From: Mobula hypostoma
Lineage: Eukaryota
DNA length: 64,000 bases
Direction of reading: 5' to 3'
NCBI RefSeq assembly: GCF_963921235.1
Contig: NC_086108.1
Location: forward strand, 12,152,001-12,216,000
Made by a program: the position numbers and the translations under genes. Position 1 is the first letter of the stretch. Every line of letters starts with the position of its first letter. Positions 25,742-38,543 of the stretch are shown here, one piece after another. The notes below the pieces were generated by a model. That model was not told where the DNA came from and did no database searches. It was given only the letters and a program-made list of their open reading frames with translations.

Positions 25742-27862
25742 TGGAGTCCTTGTGCAGGATAAAGGTTAAACTCCAGGATGAGTCGGTGGTGAAGAAGACG
25801 AATGCAATATTGGCATTTATTTCTAGAGGTATGGAATATAAGAGCAGGGATGTGTTGTTGAGGCTCTATAAGGTATTCATGAGACCACACTTGGAGTATT
25901 GTGTGCAGTTTTTGGCTCCTTATTTCAGAAAGGATATACTGACATTGGAGAGGGTTCAGAGAAGATTCATGGGATTGATTCCAGGAATGAAAGGGTTACT
26001 GTATGAGGAAAGTTTGACAGCTCTTGAGCTGTATTCCCTGGAGTTCAGGAGAATGAGGGGGGATCTCATAGAAACATTCCGAATGTTAAAAGGCCTAAAC
26101 AGATTAGATATGGCAAAGTTATTTCCCATGGTAGGGGATTCTAGGACAAGAGGGCATGACTTCAGGATTGAAGGATGTCCATTTAGGACAGAGATGCGGA
26201 GAAATTACTTTAGTCAGAGGGTGGTAAATCTGTGGAATTTGTTGCCACGAGCGGCTGTGGAGGCCACGTCTTTGGGTGTACTTAAGGTTCTTGATTAGCC
26301 AGGGCTTCAAAGAATATGGAGAGAAGACAGGAAGAATTGGATCAGCCCATTGGGAACAAAAAAACAAAATGCTGGGGGAATACAGCAGGTAAGGCAGCAT
26401 CTGTGGTGGGAAATGGACAGCTGAAGGAATAATTGCATAGCCTGTTTGCTAAACAGGGAGAAAATTCAGAAATCAGTGGTGCAAAGGGACTTGAGAGTCC
26501 TTGTGCAAGATTTCCTAAAGGTTAATTTGCAGGTAAAGTTGGTGGTGAGGAAGGCAAGTGAAACAGTAGCATTCATTTTGAGAGGACTAGAATATAAAAG
26601 TAAAGGTGTAATGCTATGGCTTTATATGGCACTGGTGAGGCCTGATTTGGAGTATTGTGAGAAGCTTTGTGTGCATTATCTAAGAAAAGATGTGCAGGCA
26701 TTGGAGGGGGTCCAGAGGAGCTCCATGAGAATGATCAGAGGAATGAAAGGGTTAAAATACAAGGAGCTTTTGAAGACCCACTGGAGTTTAGAAGAATGAG
26801 GAGAGATCTGAATGAAATATTGAATATTGAAAGGCCTAAACAGAGTGGATGTTTCATACAGCAGGGGAGTCCTGGACTAGAAAGCACAGCCTCAGAACAG
26901 AGAGATGACCCTTTAGACCAGAGATGAGTAGTTGCTTTATGCAGATGGTGGTGAATCTGTGGAATTTGCGCAAATGTCACTCCGCTCTGTTAGAAGGGAA
27001 GGAGACAAAAAGAAGTATATTGTAGGCCAGCTAGCCTGACAACTAGCCTGAGAAGTTGTTAGAGGTTTCTGAGTACTTGGAGGCACATGATAAAATATGT
27101 CAAAGTCAGTCTGGTTTCTATAAGGGGAAATCTTGCCTGACAAATCTGTTGGAATTCTTGGAGGAAGTAACAGGCAGGATTGACAAAAGAGAATCGATGA
27201 TTTTGCTTAAATGGATTTTCAGGCCTTTGTGCTGCACATGAGGTTGTTTGATAAGATAAGCGTGCATGGTATTATAGGAAAAGTTCTAGCATGGATAGAA
27301 GATTGGCTGACTGCCAGGAGGCCAAAGTGGGGAATAAAGGGAGACTTTTCATGTTGGCTGCTGGTGATTAGTCGTATTCCGCAGGGGTTGATGTTGGATT
27401 GCTTCTTTTCACGTTATGCCTTGAATGATTTGGATGATAGAATTGATGGCGTTGTGACAAAGTTTGCAGAAAATATGAAGGGTCAAGAAGTGCTGATGAA
27501 GCAGGACTTAGTCCTTCACAAGGACAGAGACAGATTGGGAGAATAGGCTAAAAGTGGCAGATAGATTACAATGCAGGGAAGTGTACAAAGCTGCACTTTG
27601 CTAGAAGGTGTAAAGGTGTAGACTGTTTTCTATACAGAGAAAGAAAATCAGAGATCTGAGGTAAACTGGGCTTGGGAGTCCTCAAGCAGGGCTCACTAAA
27701 GGTTTACTTTCAGGTTGATTCAGTGGTAAGGAAGTCAAATAATGTTAGCAATCATTTCAGAATCAGAATCGGGTTTACTATCACCAGCGTGTGTTGTGAA
27801 ATTTGTTAACTTAGCAGCAGCAGTTCAATGCAATACATAATATAGAAGGAAAAAAAAACAAA

Positions 27863-27935
<73 letters not shown>

Positions 27936-28550
27936 TGAGAGAACTGAAAAATAAAAGCAAAGGATGTAATGCTGAGGCTTTATAAATCACTGGTTAGGCA
28001 TCACTTGTGAGCAATTTTGGGCCCCTATCTAAAAAAAGATGTGCTGGCATTGGAGAGGGTCCAGAGTAAGTTCATGTGTATGATTCTGGGAACGTAAGGG
28101 TTAACATATGAGGAGAGTTTGAAGACTCTAAACTTGCTGGAGTTTCAAAGAACGAGGGGAATTCTCAGTGAAATATTTTGAATATCGAAAGGCCGAGATA
28201 GAGTGAATGTGAAAAGGTTGTTTCCTATAGTGGGGGAGTCTAGATCCAGAGGATGCAAGATCAGAATAGAGAGACATCCCTTTACAACAGAGAAAAGGAG
28301 GAATTTCTTTAGCCAAAGGGTAGCAAATCTGTGGAATTCATTGTCACAGACGACTGTGGAGGCCAAGTCATTGAGTATATTTAAAGTGGTGGTTGATAGG
28401 CTCCTGATTGATCAGTGTGTCAAAGGTTACAGAGAGAAAGCAGGAATAATCAGGCTGAGAGGGATAATAAATCAGCCATGATGGAATGATGGAGCAGAAT
28501 CGATGGGCTGAATGGCGTCATTTTGCTCCTATACATTAGGGTCTTATGAT
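25742..28550 (+). mobile_element. Cluster of three same-strand CR1 3' fragments (~25742-26360, 26440-26975, 27050-28550); the last is interrupted by a minus-strand LINE tail plus (AAT)n/(AAAT)n at ~27757-27932
   Basis: ORFs 25741-26298, 26446-26799, 27056-27546 and 28203-28481 carry RPHLEYC, GKSCLTNLLEF and FFSQRVANLWNSL. Confidence 0.9.
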
Positions 28551-29504
28551 GTTCTAGGGGAAGACCCCTAATTTGAAGAGGATAATGCTGAACTGTATCT
28601 ATCCAGCTGTGAAACAGGATGGTGATGGACTCACCAGTTTTACAGGGGACTGCAGTGCATTCCAGGTATGACGTTCATCTGTACCTCACCCTGAACCAGG
28701 GGTACTTCCTCTTTCAGCTCTTTGCTCCTGCCCACACAATGATTAATTCACCTGGCCAGGCACCAGCGAGCACTGCACAATACAGTGCTCATCACTGCTG
28801 AGGGGTGAGCTAGGTAGCTGTGTAAATGCAGGCGATGCTCATTCACCATTGTGTGCTGTGATTATTTTGTGCAAAGCAGCTTCATCAAATCTGTCTCAGG
28901 ATGAAAGTCCGGCCAAGGCTGTAAACATGATGGAAAGTGTTTTTTTGGAAGGAATGCTCATTTGACAAGCAATTCATTATGAAAGACAGTGCTGTTATGA
29001 GTAAAGGCAGCAAGTGGTTTGAGGTTTAAGGCAGCTTTTGACCATTCAGCATAGATTTATTCTTGTGTAGAATCTGCAGAACTTAGAGAAGACCAAAAAA
29101 AAATCCTTAATTAATCCATCTGCCTTTCTCTGCACTTTCATCTCCCAAGACTACTCAACGTAGCCAAGATAGGCAGAATATCCTGCAGCAGATCAGCAGC
29201 CCAGCTCAAGGACATGATTGTTGGGGGAGCAGGCTCTGATTCCACAGTTTCTACTACAGCCTTTCCCAGTCCCACCACTCACACACGATAGCAGAGAGAC
29301 CCTGAGCAACTCAACACAGGCAAGATGAGCACATTACCCTCGCCAGTTCAGCAGCCCAACATGGGGATTCAGTGGGAGTGCTGGGGGAAGCAGATACTGA
29401 TCTACCCACACCACAGTGTTACCTACCCTTCTCCCCACCCCACCACTCCCACACAGGGGCATAGAGACACAGAACTGAAATCACAGCAGTACACTATCAT
29501 TGTT

Positions 29505-30000
29505 ATAGAAACATACAGCACGGAAACAGGCCTTTCGGCCCCTCGTGCCCATGCTGGCCTCAACCCTAATCGCATTTACCGGCACTTGTAGCCTTCTCTA
29601 TCTTAGAGGTTCCAGTGCATATCTAAACACTTGTTTCATGTGTGAGATTCTCTGCCTTGAGCATCCCCTCTGGCAGCATGTTCCTCATTCCAATCACCTC
29701 TGAGTGAAAATATTCTTCCTTGCATTCCTTCTGAACCTTTTCCCCCTCATCCTAAGACTATGCACCCTAGTGTGTGACACCTCTGTCATGGGGAAAGGTA
29801 ATATTACTCTGTTCATGCCTCTCCTAAATGTGTCAAACTCTATTAGGTTTACAGCTCTCCACTCCCAAAAAAAAGAAACCCAGCCCATCTTTTCTCGTTG
29901 TGTAAGTGAAACACTCGACACAAGGCACCATCTTGGCAAATCTCCTCTGTACTCGTTACAGCATAACTACAAAGCAGCGTGCCTTTCCAATGTATTATAC
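29505..30000 (-). mobile_element. Old CR1 3' fragment; similar ones at ~32025-32405(-), 39110-39510(+), 41455-41860(+), 42330-42700, 54142-54545(+), 54897-55298 (with a minus copy nested at 55110-55270), 61770-62370(+), 62578-63085(-)
   Basis: Degenerate RGDLIE/RGH/FTQRVV motifs and the CR1 3' hairpin with 8-nt tails. Confidence 0.8.
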
Positions 30001-31729
30001 AGCCTACCATAACCTCCACACCACCCAGCACATGCCTTCTTCCCACTGCTGACATCAGGAAGGTGGTTCAGGAGCCTCAGGACTCACTCGACCAGGTTCA
30101 TGAACAGTTATTACCCCTTAACCATCAGGCCCTTGAACCAAGGGAGATAACTTCACTCGCCCTGTCATTAAAATGTTTCCACAACCACCGTACTCACTTT
30201 CAAGGACTCTTTATTTCATGTTCTCGATATTTATTGCATATTCATCATTATTATCAGTTCTTTCCTTTAGTATTTGCACAGTTTGATATTTTCTGTACTC
30301 TTGTTGAATGCTCTAGTTGGTGCAGTCTTTCATCGATTCTATTATGTTATTATTCTATACATTCATTGAGTATGCCCACAAGAAAATGGATGTCAGGGTT
30401 GTATATGGAGACGTATATGTACTCCGATGATAAATTTACTTTGAACTTTGTTCTTTCCTCTGCCTAACCCACTCTCAACACTGACTCTTCAGATATTGCC
30501 TCTGTTGCAAATATCTATCTTGGCTCTTCAACAGATCAGGCAGAAATCTCACATCCAAATTCAATCCATTTCAAGTGTGCATCAGTGAGTACTGAAAGGT
30601 TGGAATAGCAAAATGTCTTTAAAGATATTATTCTATTGTACTGTCAAACCAAACACTACAAATTAATTCTTAAATATCTTTGTCAGTTCTTGTCTGATAT
30701 ATAAAACTTGTGTCTACAAGTTAACAATATTCCTCAGTCTGCGCTGTGTTGTATGTGTGGGGGATCATGGTCTTCCCAAGGCCATGGTTGTTCTTGGCAA
30801 TTTCTTTCTAAAGAAGTGGTTTGCCATTGCCTTCTTCTGGGCAGTAGCTTTAAAAGACAGGTCAATACCCTAAAGAGTCTGTCTGCCTGGTGTCAGTGGT
30901 CACATAACCAGGTCCTGTGATATGCACCGACTTCTCATAAGATCATCCACCACCTGCTCCTTTAGCTTCACTTGACCCTGATCATGGGGAGGGGAAGCAG
31001 GTGCTACACCTTACCCAAGGGTGACCTACAGGCTAGCAGAGGGAAGAAGTGCCTTGTACTTCCTTTAGTCGAGACATATCTCCACACATTACGAACAAAT
31101 GATTCAAACAGATTTATTTGTCTGAGGGTGCTTTCATAGACTGGAAGATCTTGTTGTATTGCCTGAGCAAGTTCTGCAGGCGTGATTGGAAAGTCATCAT
31201 TGGAAGTGGGACTTTCAATGTCTCCTTCAGAAGCTGATGAAGAGATCAGTAAATGTACTTTGCTTAGTAAATATTTTGAATGGGATGGTTGTACATGACC
31301 AATGAAATGGTCCTTCTCTGCATCCCAGATGATGCCATTGTTGGAACCATTAACCATGGATCCAGGATTGATGATGGAGACTGGTGATCTGGAACTTTCA
31401 AATGGCTTGTTTTCAGCACAAGTCATTGAAGCTACGTATCTCACACTAAGGGGAAACACTGGAGATTACATCTTAATGCATTCATGTTCTTCACATTTGT
31501 TTAGAACATGAGATGCAAATATCATTGGCTTCTCCTGATCAAAACTGAGGACACAACTGGTCACTAATTTAACACATTAATGAATCAATGTATTATACAC
31601 TCGCTCGTAAACTCTGCCTACATCCATTCCCGAAGGGCCTTTCCTGTGCTGTAGTCTTCTATGTTCACCTTCTTCTTAAGGAGCTGATTCTGTGATGAAC
31701 TCCCCATTCATGGTTCCAGTAAGGGCATA

Positions 31730-32005
31730 ATCACCATCATCACCATCATCAGGTGCCATGCCCAGTTTGAGCTTTGACTGCCTTGGCCCACACACTCCTG
31801 TTTTGGGTCAAGTGGATCAATTCATTGGTATTCATTTCCAATTCTCTGGCTGCTGTCTCCATCATCATTTGCCTTTATCTTCCTCTTGCTTTCTTCCCTT
31901 CAATCTTTCTCATAATTACCATGCATTCTAACTCCTCTTTCCTAATCACATGTCCAATGAAGTTACATTGCCTTTTCATGATCGCATACATTTTTTCTCT
32001 TTTTG
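31730..32005 (-). mobile_element. RTE LINE 3' fragment
   Basis: IMKRQCNFIGHVIRKEELECMVIMRKIEGKKARGR is a typical RTE C-terminus, followed by a (GAT/GGT)n tail. Confidence 0.85.
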
Positions 32006-33169
32006 TGTGAAAGTGAAGTAAGGGCATAGAACCTAGATCAGTACAGCACAGGAACAGCCACTTTAGCCCACAACTTTGGGCCAAACCATTCGAACTAGTA
32101 ATCAAATTGCCAACTAATCTCTTCTGCCTACACAATGGCCAAAATCTTCCATTTTCCTCAAATTCTCGCATCCAGCTAGATGCCTCTGAAAAGTTTCTAA
32201 CATATTTGCCTCTACCACCACCACAGGCACCCACCACTGTGTAAAAAACTTGCCCCTCACATCTCCTTTCTCTCACCTTAAATGCATGCCCTCTGGCATT
32301 TGACATTTTGCCCAGTGGCACTGATGCCAGCCATCGTGAAGTGAACGCATAATGGGGCAACCAGGATTGTACACAATACTCCAGATGCTGCCTAACTAGA
32401 GTTCTACAACAGGATTGATTGAGAATGAATCCTGAAAAAACATTGGCGGTCTGATCTCTTGGCCTTCATGATAGCAGTAATTTTATCCTTAATTAGCAGT
32501 AATGAGCTGGCTTTTAATCAGTCTGATTTGAACAAATTTTAACTGCATGAAGGCACACTTGGATTGCTGAAGTTTCACATTCCCACGGTTCTGGCTCAAT
32601 AACTTCTTCCAAACTTTGTATTTGCATTGGCAATGAGAAGTGGTCCTGGTTGCAAAGTGAGCAGTCCATGCCTTGCAGTGTCTATCCATTGTGGACAGGA
32701 AGAGCTGTAATAAAGATTATGTTCTGTTTTAGTACAGGTCCCAATGTGTATCTCTGCTGAGGTCATCTTAACTCAGTTTATCTGTACTCAATTCGGTATA
32801 AGGATGTGACCATCTAACCTGGTGAAAAATGTAACTCCCACCAACCTTGCAGAAAAGCTTTGTGATCTCAGCTGGATTTATTATGATGACACTGACTTCC
32901 TCCCCGACTGACATCAGTGCAAAGCTGAGGCTGTATTCCACCTGGGACATGAGGACGATCTGAGTGTATTTGGATAGCATCGTGATGCAGCCTTGCAGCG
33001 CCAGGGACCCAGGTTCAAATCTGGCCTTGGGTGTTGTCCATGTGAAGACTTCCAGATTCTCGCTGTTACTGTGTGAGTTTCTTTTTAGTGCTCCGGTTTC
33101 CTCCCACATCCGAGAGACATAGATTGATAGGATAACTGGCTACTGTAAATTGTCCCTAGAAAGTCCTGG

Positions 33170-33835
33170 TTAAAGTCAAAGTACATTTATTATCAAAGTA
33201 TGTATGCAGTATACAACAATCTTCCCACAGACAGTCACTAAAGAAAGAAAACCATAGAACCTGTTCAAAGTAAAGACATAACCAGACCCCTCCCCACCCC
33301 ACCATGCACACGCACAAGAAAAAAAAATTGCACAAACGGCAACAAAAAAAGAACGAAAAACACAGAATATAAAGCACAAAATCGAAAGTCCAGGCATATT
33401 CAGTTCAGTATCTGCATGATCAAAATTGCCCAAAATAGCAACAAAAAAAAAGAGTGGCCGGAAACCGCAAAAGGCTGGTAGGTGGCACTCAATACCCACT
33501 CATCTTCCACACACACCTTGGTGATTTCAATCTCCCTTGGTGCTTTGATTGGTGAGATCATCAAGAAATGGAGTTGATCATGGGCTCGCACCTCTTGGCC
33601 TCGAGGTCACACATTTCACTCAAAGCCTCATGAAGCCCTCTCGGACACACAAAGAACCAGATCGCTCATCGGCCCGAAAACACACCTCCAAGACATAGAT
33701 CACAAGCTCCAAGTGTAGCAGAGCCATATTGAAAGATAGAGAGGATGTAAAAGAGGTGAAAGAGCTAGTTTAGTGAACCGTCTGGAGGATGTCACCCTTG
33801 GCTGCGTTGTTCACTGGCGCCATCTTCTTCCAGAA
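33170..33835 (-). mobile_element. Non-autonomous retroposon with a 5' AAGATGGCGCC (YY1-like) head and an aataaatgtactttga tail; similar elements at ~8800-9220 and 9940-10620
   Basis: ggcgccatcttcttcc at 33816-33831 and a tail shared with other fragments. No coding capacity seen. Confidence 0.55.
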
Positions 33836-34422
33836 CTAGTAGCCCTGAGCAAATGAACGGAAGAAGCTGAGGAAAAGTGTGTGTGGAATACAATGGGATT
33901 GATGAATGATTAGTGTAAATGGATTGTTGATGGCCTGCATGGACTCGATGGGCTGAGTGGTCTGTTTCCATGGTATGTCTCTACATAAGTCTATGGGTTG
34001 TGTCTTCACAGCGGGCTGCTTCCCTGGTAACGGCAAATTATTTTTCTAATTTGGCGAGCTTTCCTTCTACCTGGCATCAGTAGGGTTATGCAATGTTTGG
34101 CACCTTTGAAAACCTCTGAATTTGAATTAAAGTATTTCCAAGAGTAATTTCAGAACTTGAATTGAAGTGTTCCAAAAAGGAATTTCGGAGGGGTTGTGAG
34201 ATCCCTGAATGGGCTTTAGTCTTCTCAACCAATATCGCCCAGTAACTTTGCCCACTCTAATCAGGCACAACTAGATGCTGACCATTGTAATATTTCATGT
34301 GATACGTGTGCCCCAGTAGCTTCAGATCCTCTGTGTTGTGGCAAGATGACCGAATATGCTATCATACGCTCATCTATAGAATATGCTGCCACTGTGTCAA
34401 TCCACATTATCAGTGACCTGCT

Positions 34423-35744
34423 CATCACAATGGGGTGCTGGGAACGGACCCAAATGAGAGACACAGACAATGAAGTACAAGGAACAGGACTTGACTGGAG
34501 TAGGGACATGACAGGGTACAGGCAAGGAGCAAGGACAAGAACGCAGACTTGGGCTGGGGAAAGCAGGACCAGGACTATGAACCATGGACTAGGAGACAAG
34601 GCTTGGACTCCAAACCCGAGACTGGACAAGGATCCAGAACCTGGGTCTTGCCTTGGGCTCAGACCCCAGAACCAGGCAAGGACATGACATGGCTTGAGGC
34701 TGGGGTCTTGGGTTCTTGGAGCTTGGCTGGGGGATCGTCGAGGCCTGGGTTCTTGGAGCTTGGCTGGGGGATCGTCGAGGCCTGGGTTCTTGGAGCTTGG
34801 CTGGGGGATCGTCGAGGCCTGGGTTCTTGGAGCTTGGCTGGGGGATCGTCGAGGCCTGGGTTCTTGGAGCTTGGCTGGGGGATCGTCGAGGCCTGAGTTC
34901 TTGGAGCTTGGCTGGGGAATCGTCGAGGCTTGGGTTCTCGGAGCTTGGCTGCGGGATCGTTGAGGTCTGGGTTTCTTGGAGCTCAGAGACAGACTGGGAA
35001 CATAGAGCCGGGACTTATCCTTCAACAAGCCAAGACTCATCTTTAACATGACACTAACATGAGACAGGACGAACATAAACATAGAGCTGGGACTTATTCT
35101 AAGACAAGCCGGAACTCAACTTCATCTCCACACCAAGGTGGGACAGGTACCTCCATCAGATAACGGCAGAACGGCCGGACTTAACCCATAGAGGCAAGGA
35201 CAAGACAAGACAAGACAGGACCCCCCGCAGGGCAACGGCAAAACAGCCTGACTTACCCCACAGAGGCGAGGACAAGAAGAGACAAACACCAAAGAACAAC
35301 AGACAGTTCCATCTCTGCTCCGGGGAAGCTCCAAGTCTCAGTTCAGCCAGCAACCTCAGCTGGCTACAGAAGCAGCCAAATCCCTACCTAGCTCAGAGTG
35401 GCTGGCAGCCACTCAGCTGGCCCAGGAAACAGCCGAATCCATACCACAAAGACAGCTCCAACTACCAACAGTAAGGCACCATGAAGTGATGGTTCTCTTG
35501 CACGGCCTAAAGATTCCAAGTAGCCGCTCTAGCCTTCCACCAGCAGGTTGCTCCTGGGGGACTGGCAAGATAAACCAGCAGCCCACACTCAACGCCAAGG
35601 CTACTTATATTCCAAGCCCCAAGATGGGATTCGGGTGCCTATACTTAACTCAATCAAACGAGGGACAGCTGGAAGACCCGGAGCCCTGAGTCCACGGACT
35701 GGACCATGAACCGGAATGCGGACATCATGGACCGGACCATGACA
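34423..35744 (-). mobile_element. Solo LTR (1322 bp) with a 5-bp TSD and an internal minisatellite
   Basis: Minus strand begins TGTCATGG. ctgct occurs at 34418-34422 and 35745-35749. TATA-like tataagta near 35601-35608 on the minus strand. Confidence 0.75.
34705..34985. repeat. 37-bp GC-rich minisatellite, ~7.5 copies (ggcctgggttcttggagcttggctgggggatcgtcga)
   Basis: Direct reading. Confidence 0.97.
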
Positions 35745-36228
35745 CTGCTATCAATCACCATGTGACTTTAAAACCTTGTTAAGAACAGTTGTGGTACAAT
35801 TAAATACTTTAGTCCTGATGAGGCGTAGCAGGGTGGAGATACGTCTCTACCAAAGGAGGTGTAAAATATTCCTTCCTTCCACTGGTCTGCAGGTCACCTT
35901 TGGGCAAGGTGTAGCACCTGCTTAGCCAACCCTTCTCAAGATCAGGGTCACGTGAAGCCATGGGAGCAGGTGATGGATGGTCATATGAGCAGCTGGAGCA
36001 TATCACAAGTCCTGATTATGCGACCACAGACACCAGGCAGACAATCTCTGAACAGTATTGATAATGGCTGGGGTAACCCATCTTGTAAAGTCACTGTCCA
36101 GAAGCATGCAATGGTAAACTGCTTCTGTAGGAAAATTTGCCAAGAACATTCCTGGTCCTGGAAAGACCATAATCACCAATGTTGCATGACATGGCACGTA
36201 ATGATGATGTCATATGGCACGGCACATA

Positions 36229-36262
<34 letters not shown>

Positions 36263-38344
36263 GGCCTGATGAAGGATCTCAGCCTGAAATGTCGACAGTT
36301 TATTCATCTCCATGGATGCTGCCTGACCTGTTGAGCTCCTCCACTGCTTTGCGTGTGTTATTAAATATGACATTATCTACATCAGTTCTGATGTTCACTC
36401 AGCTTCTTTCTCTGGTTTTCCCTGTGGTCCAGCTCACTCGCTGTTTGTTGTGGGGTGGGATTGTAAGTACTTTGTCTCCTGAAAGGAATAAGCGTTTGGG
36501 GAAAGGCTCCAAAAATACTTGTAATACTGCTATCTGTTTCAGAAAAGGATCTCTTGCTGTGGCCACCATTTGACTCTGACCCAGCTTAGCCTTCAGTAAT
36601 TTAGCCACCACTTTCCTCCAGGTTCAAATCCAACAAGCCAGGGGAGACATCGGGCTCCTTGTGTTCCACATCTTGATCCAGTTAAGATTATAAACTGCTC
36701 ACTAACCTCTCTCTCACCACACAAGGTGTTGAGGTTAGGGCTAGGGTAACGTTAGGGCAAAGTTCTGCAGGCTGCATGCTTAACTTCTAAGTATACCTGT
36801 TTTGAATTACTCTCACTGCAATCCCAGTTTGTAATTCCCCTTTAAGCAATGTACTTGTTAATCAACTTAATGAACTACAGATTTCATGATCTTCTGAAGG
36901 ACTCGCCGAACTTAATTTTCAGTCAAGCAGGTACGGTACTTTTAAGTGAAGAGCATTCATCGTCACGGCTGGAGGCGAGGCATCCAAGCCAGAGGACTGA
37001 GAACCCCCCCCCCCCAACTGGAGAACAAGATTGAGAACCTGAGGACAAGATTGCTTTATCAGAGGAAAATCAGAAATTGTTGTATTCTGTGTTTTCTAAG
37101 ATATGGCTTACTTGCAGCATGCCAAATTCAGCAATCAGACCCAAATGGTTCTCCATTCACAGGATGGATTCACTGAGAATGCCCACAAGAAAACAAACCT
37201 CAGGGTTGCATATGGTGACATAGTTTGATAATAAATTTACTTTGAACTTTGAACTTTGAAAAACTCCTTGAAACAAAAGTGTCCTCTCAACAAATCTCAA
37301 GGTAACAATATCTATTTTTAAAAATTTACTTTTTGAGATATATTGCGGAATAGGCCCTTATTGCTGTGCTGCCCAGCAATCCCCCGATTTAATACTAGTC
37401 TAATCACGGAACAATTTACAAATTCCAAGTAACCTACCGATCAGTATGTCTTTGGACCGTGGGAGGAAACCAGAACACTCAGAGGAAATTCACGCATTCA
37501 GGGGGAAAATGTACAGGCAGCAGCAGGAATTGAACCCTGGTTTTCAGTACTGTAAAATGTTGTGCTAACTACTACGCTACTGTTCTGCCCCATGGCATCA
37601 CCACTTAGTGTCCTTGCATGCTTAACATAAAGCCAGTCAACCATCTCATATGCCATGGGTTAGCAAGTTATTCCATCTTCTCTTCTACCTATGTGAATGC
37701 AATGCCTTTGACTCTCAGAAGAGCTTTCAGATTTTAATTTGATCTCTCTGCAAAATTGAGGATGTGGAAGATAGTGGAAATGATGTTTATTCAAGTGAAG
37801 CTATGTCAAGATTAGCTGTTGCACCGCCCAAGCTGAACTGCATCTCGGCAACAAGATTAAAGCATCGCCTTGTGTTCTTGCTACCCTCGACTCCAACTCT
37901 GACGCCTCTGGCAGCATCTCCACAAGCTAGTAAGCAGGACTGTGAGTAAGGCTGACTGGAAATTTGTTGTCACTCTGACTGGAACTGAAAAATGGCCCTC
38001 TCTACCAAAGAAATCGCATTAGAGATGCACATCTGGCTGGGGTCAGCGCTGATTGTCCTCGGGCTCCAGGATTTGTGGAAGCAAAGCACTTTATTAAAAA
38101 AAATTCTCTTGCTCTCTGTTTCTTGTTATTGCCTCTCCTGAAGGCATGGGAGCCCCAACAGACCAGAAATACATTGCAGTAAATTGCATCAGAGAGAAGT
38201 GAGGCACTTGTTGACTTTAAGCTAATGGAGACATGCTGAAAGCAAACATATAAATTATATCTTTTATTCAGACTCACTTTAAACAAAATAAGGCTGATTA
38301 TCACAGTATATGAAATATTTTTGGTAAATATTAGAAAAATACAC

Positions 38345-38543
38345 CTACATACATCAGCAGAAACCTGATTGGATGAGGACTAACCAATCAAGAGGGATGG
38401 ACAACGGGGGTGTATATACCACTGGACTAGACATGCCCAGGCATCATCCTTGGTGAAGGTGGCAGAGTTTGTCATCGAAACATCAGTTCAAAGTGATACC
38501 TGTACCCGAATGAAAGCCCAAGAAGAGTTTATTCATCATATAT
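38345..38543 (+). mobile_element. Terminal repeat of a second Penelope-like family with a degenerate hammerhead motif
   Basis: gattgg and ccaat boxes, then tatata, then ttggtga-a-ggtggca/tgtcatc stem-gaaacatc. Confidence 0.65.

Noticed and set aside
34261..35082. 273-aa ORF and overlapping ORFs
   Set aside because: Produced by the GC-rich 37-bp repeat inside a solo LTR.
35813..35860. CTGATGA as another hammerhead
   Set aside because: No stem II followed by GAAA at the right spacing.
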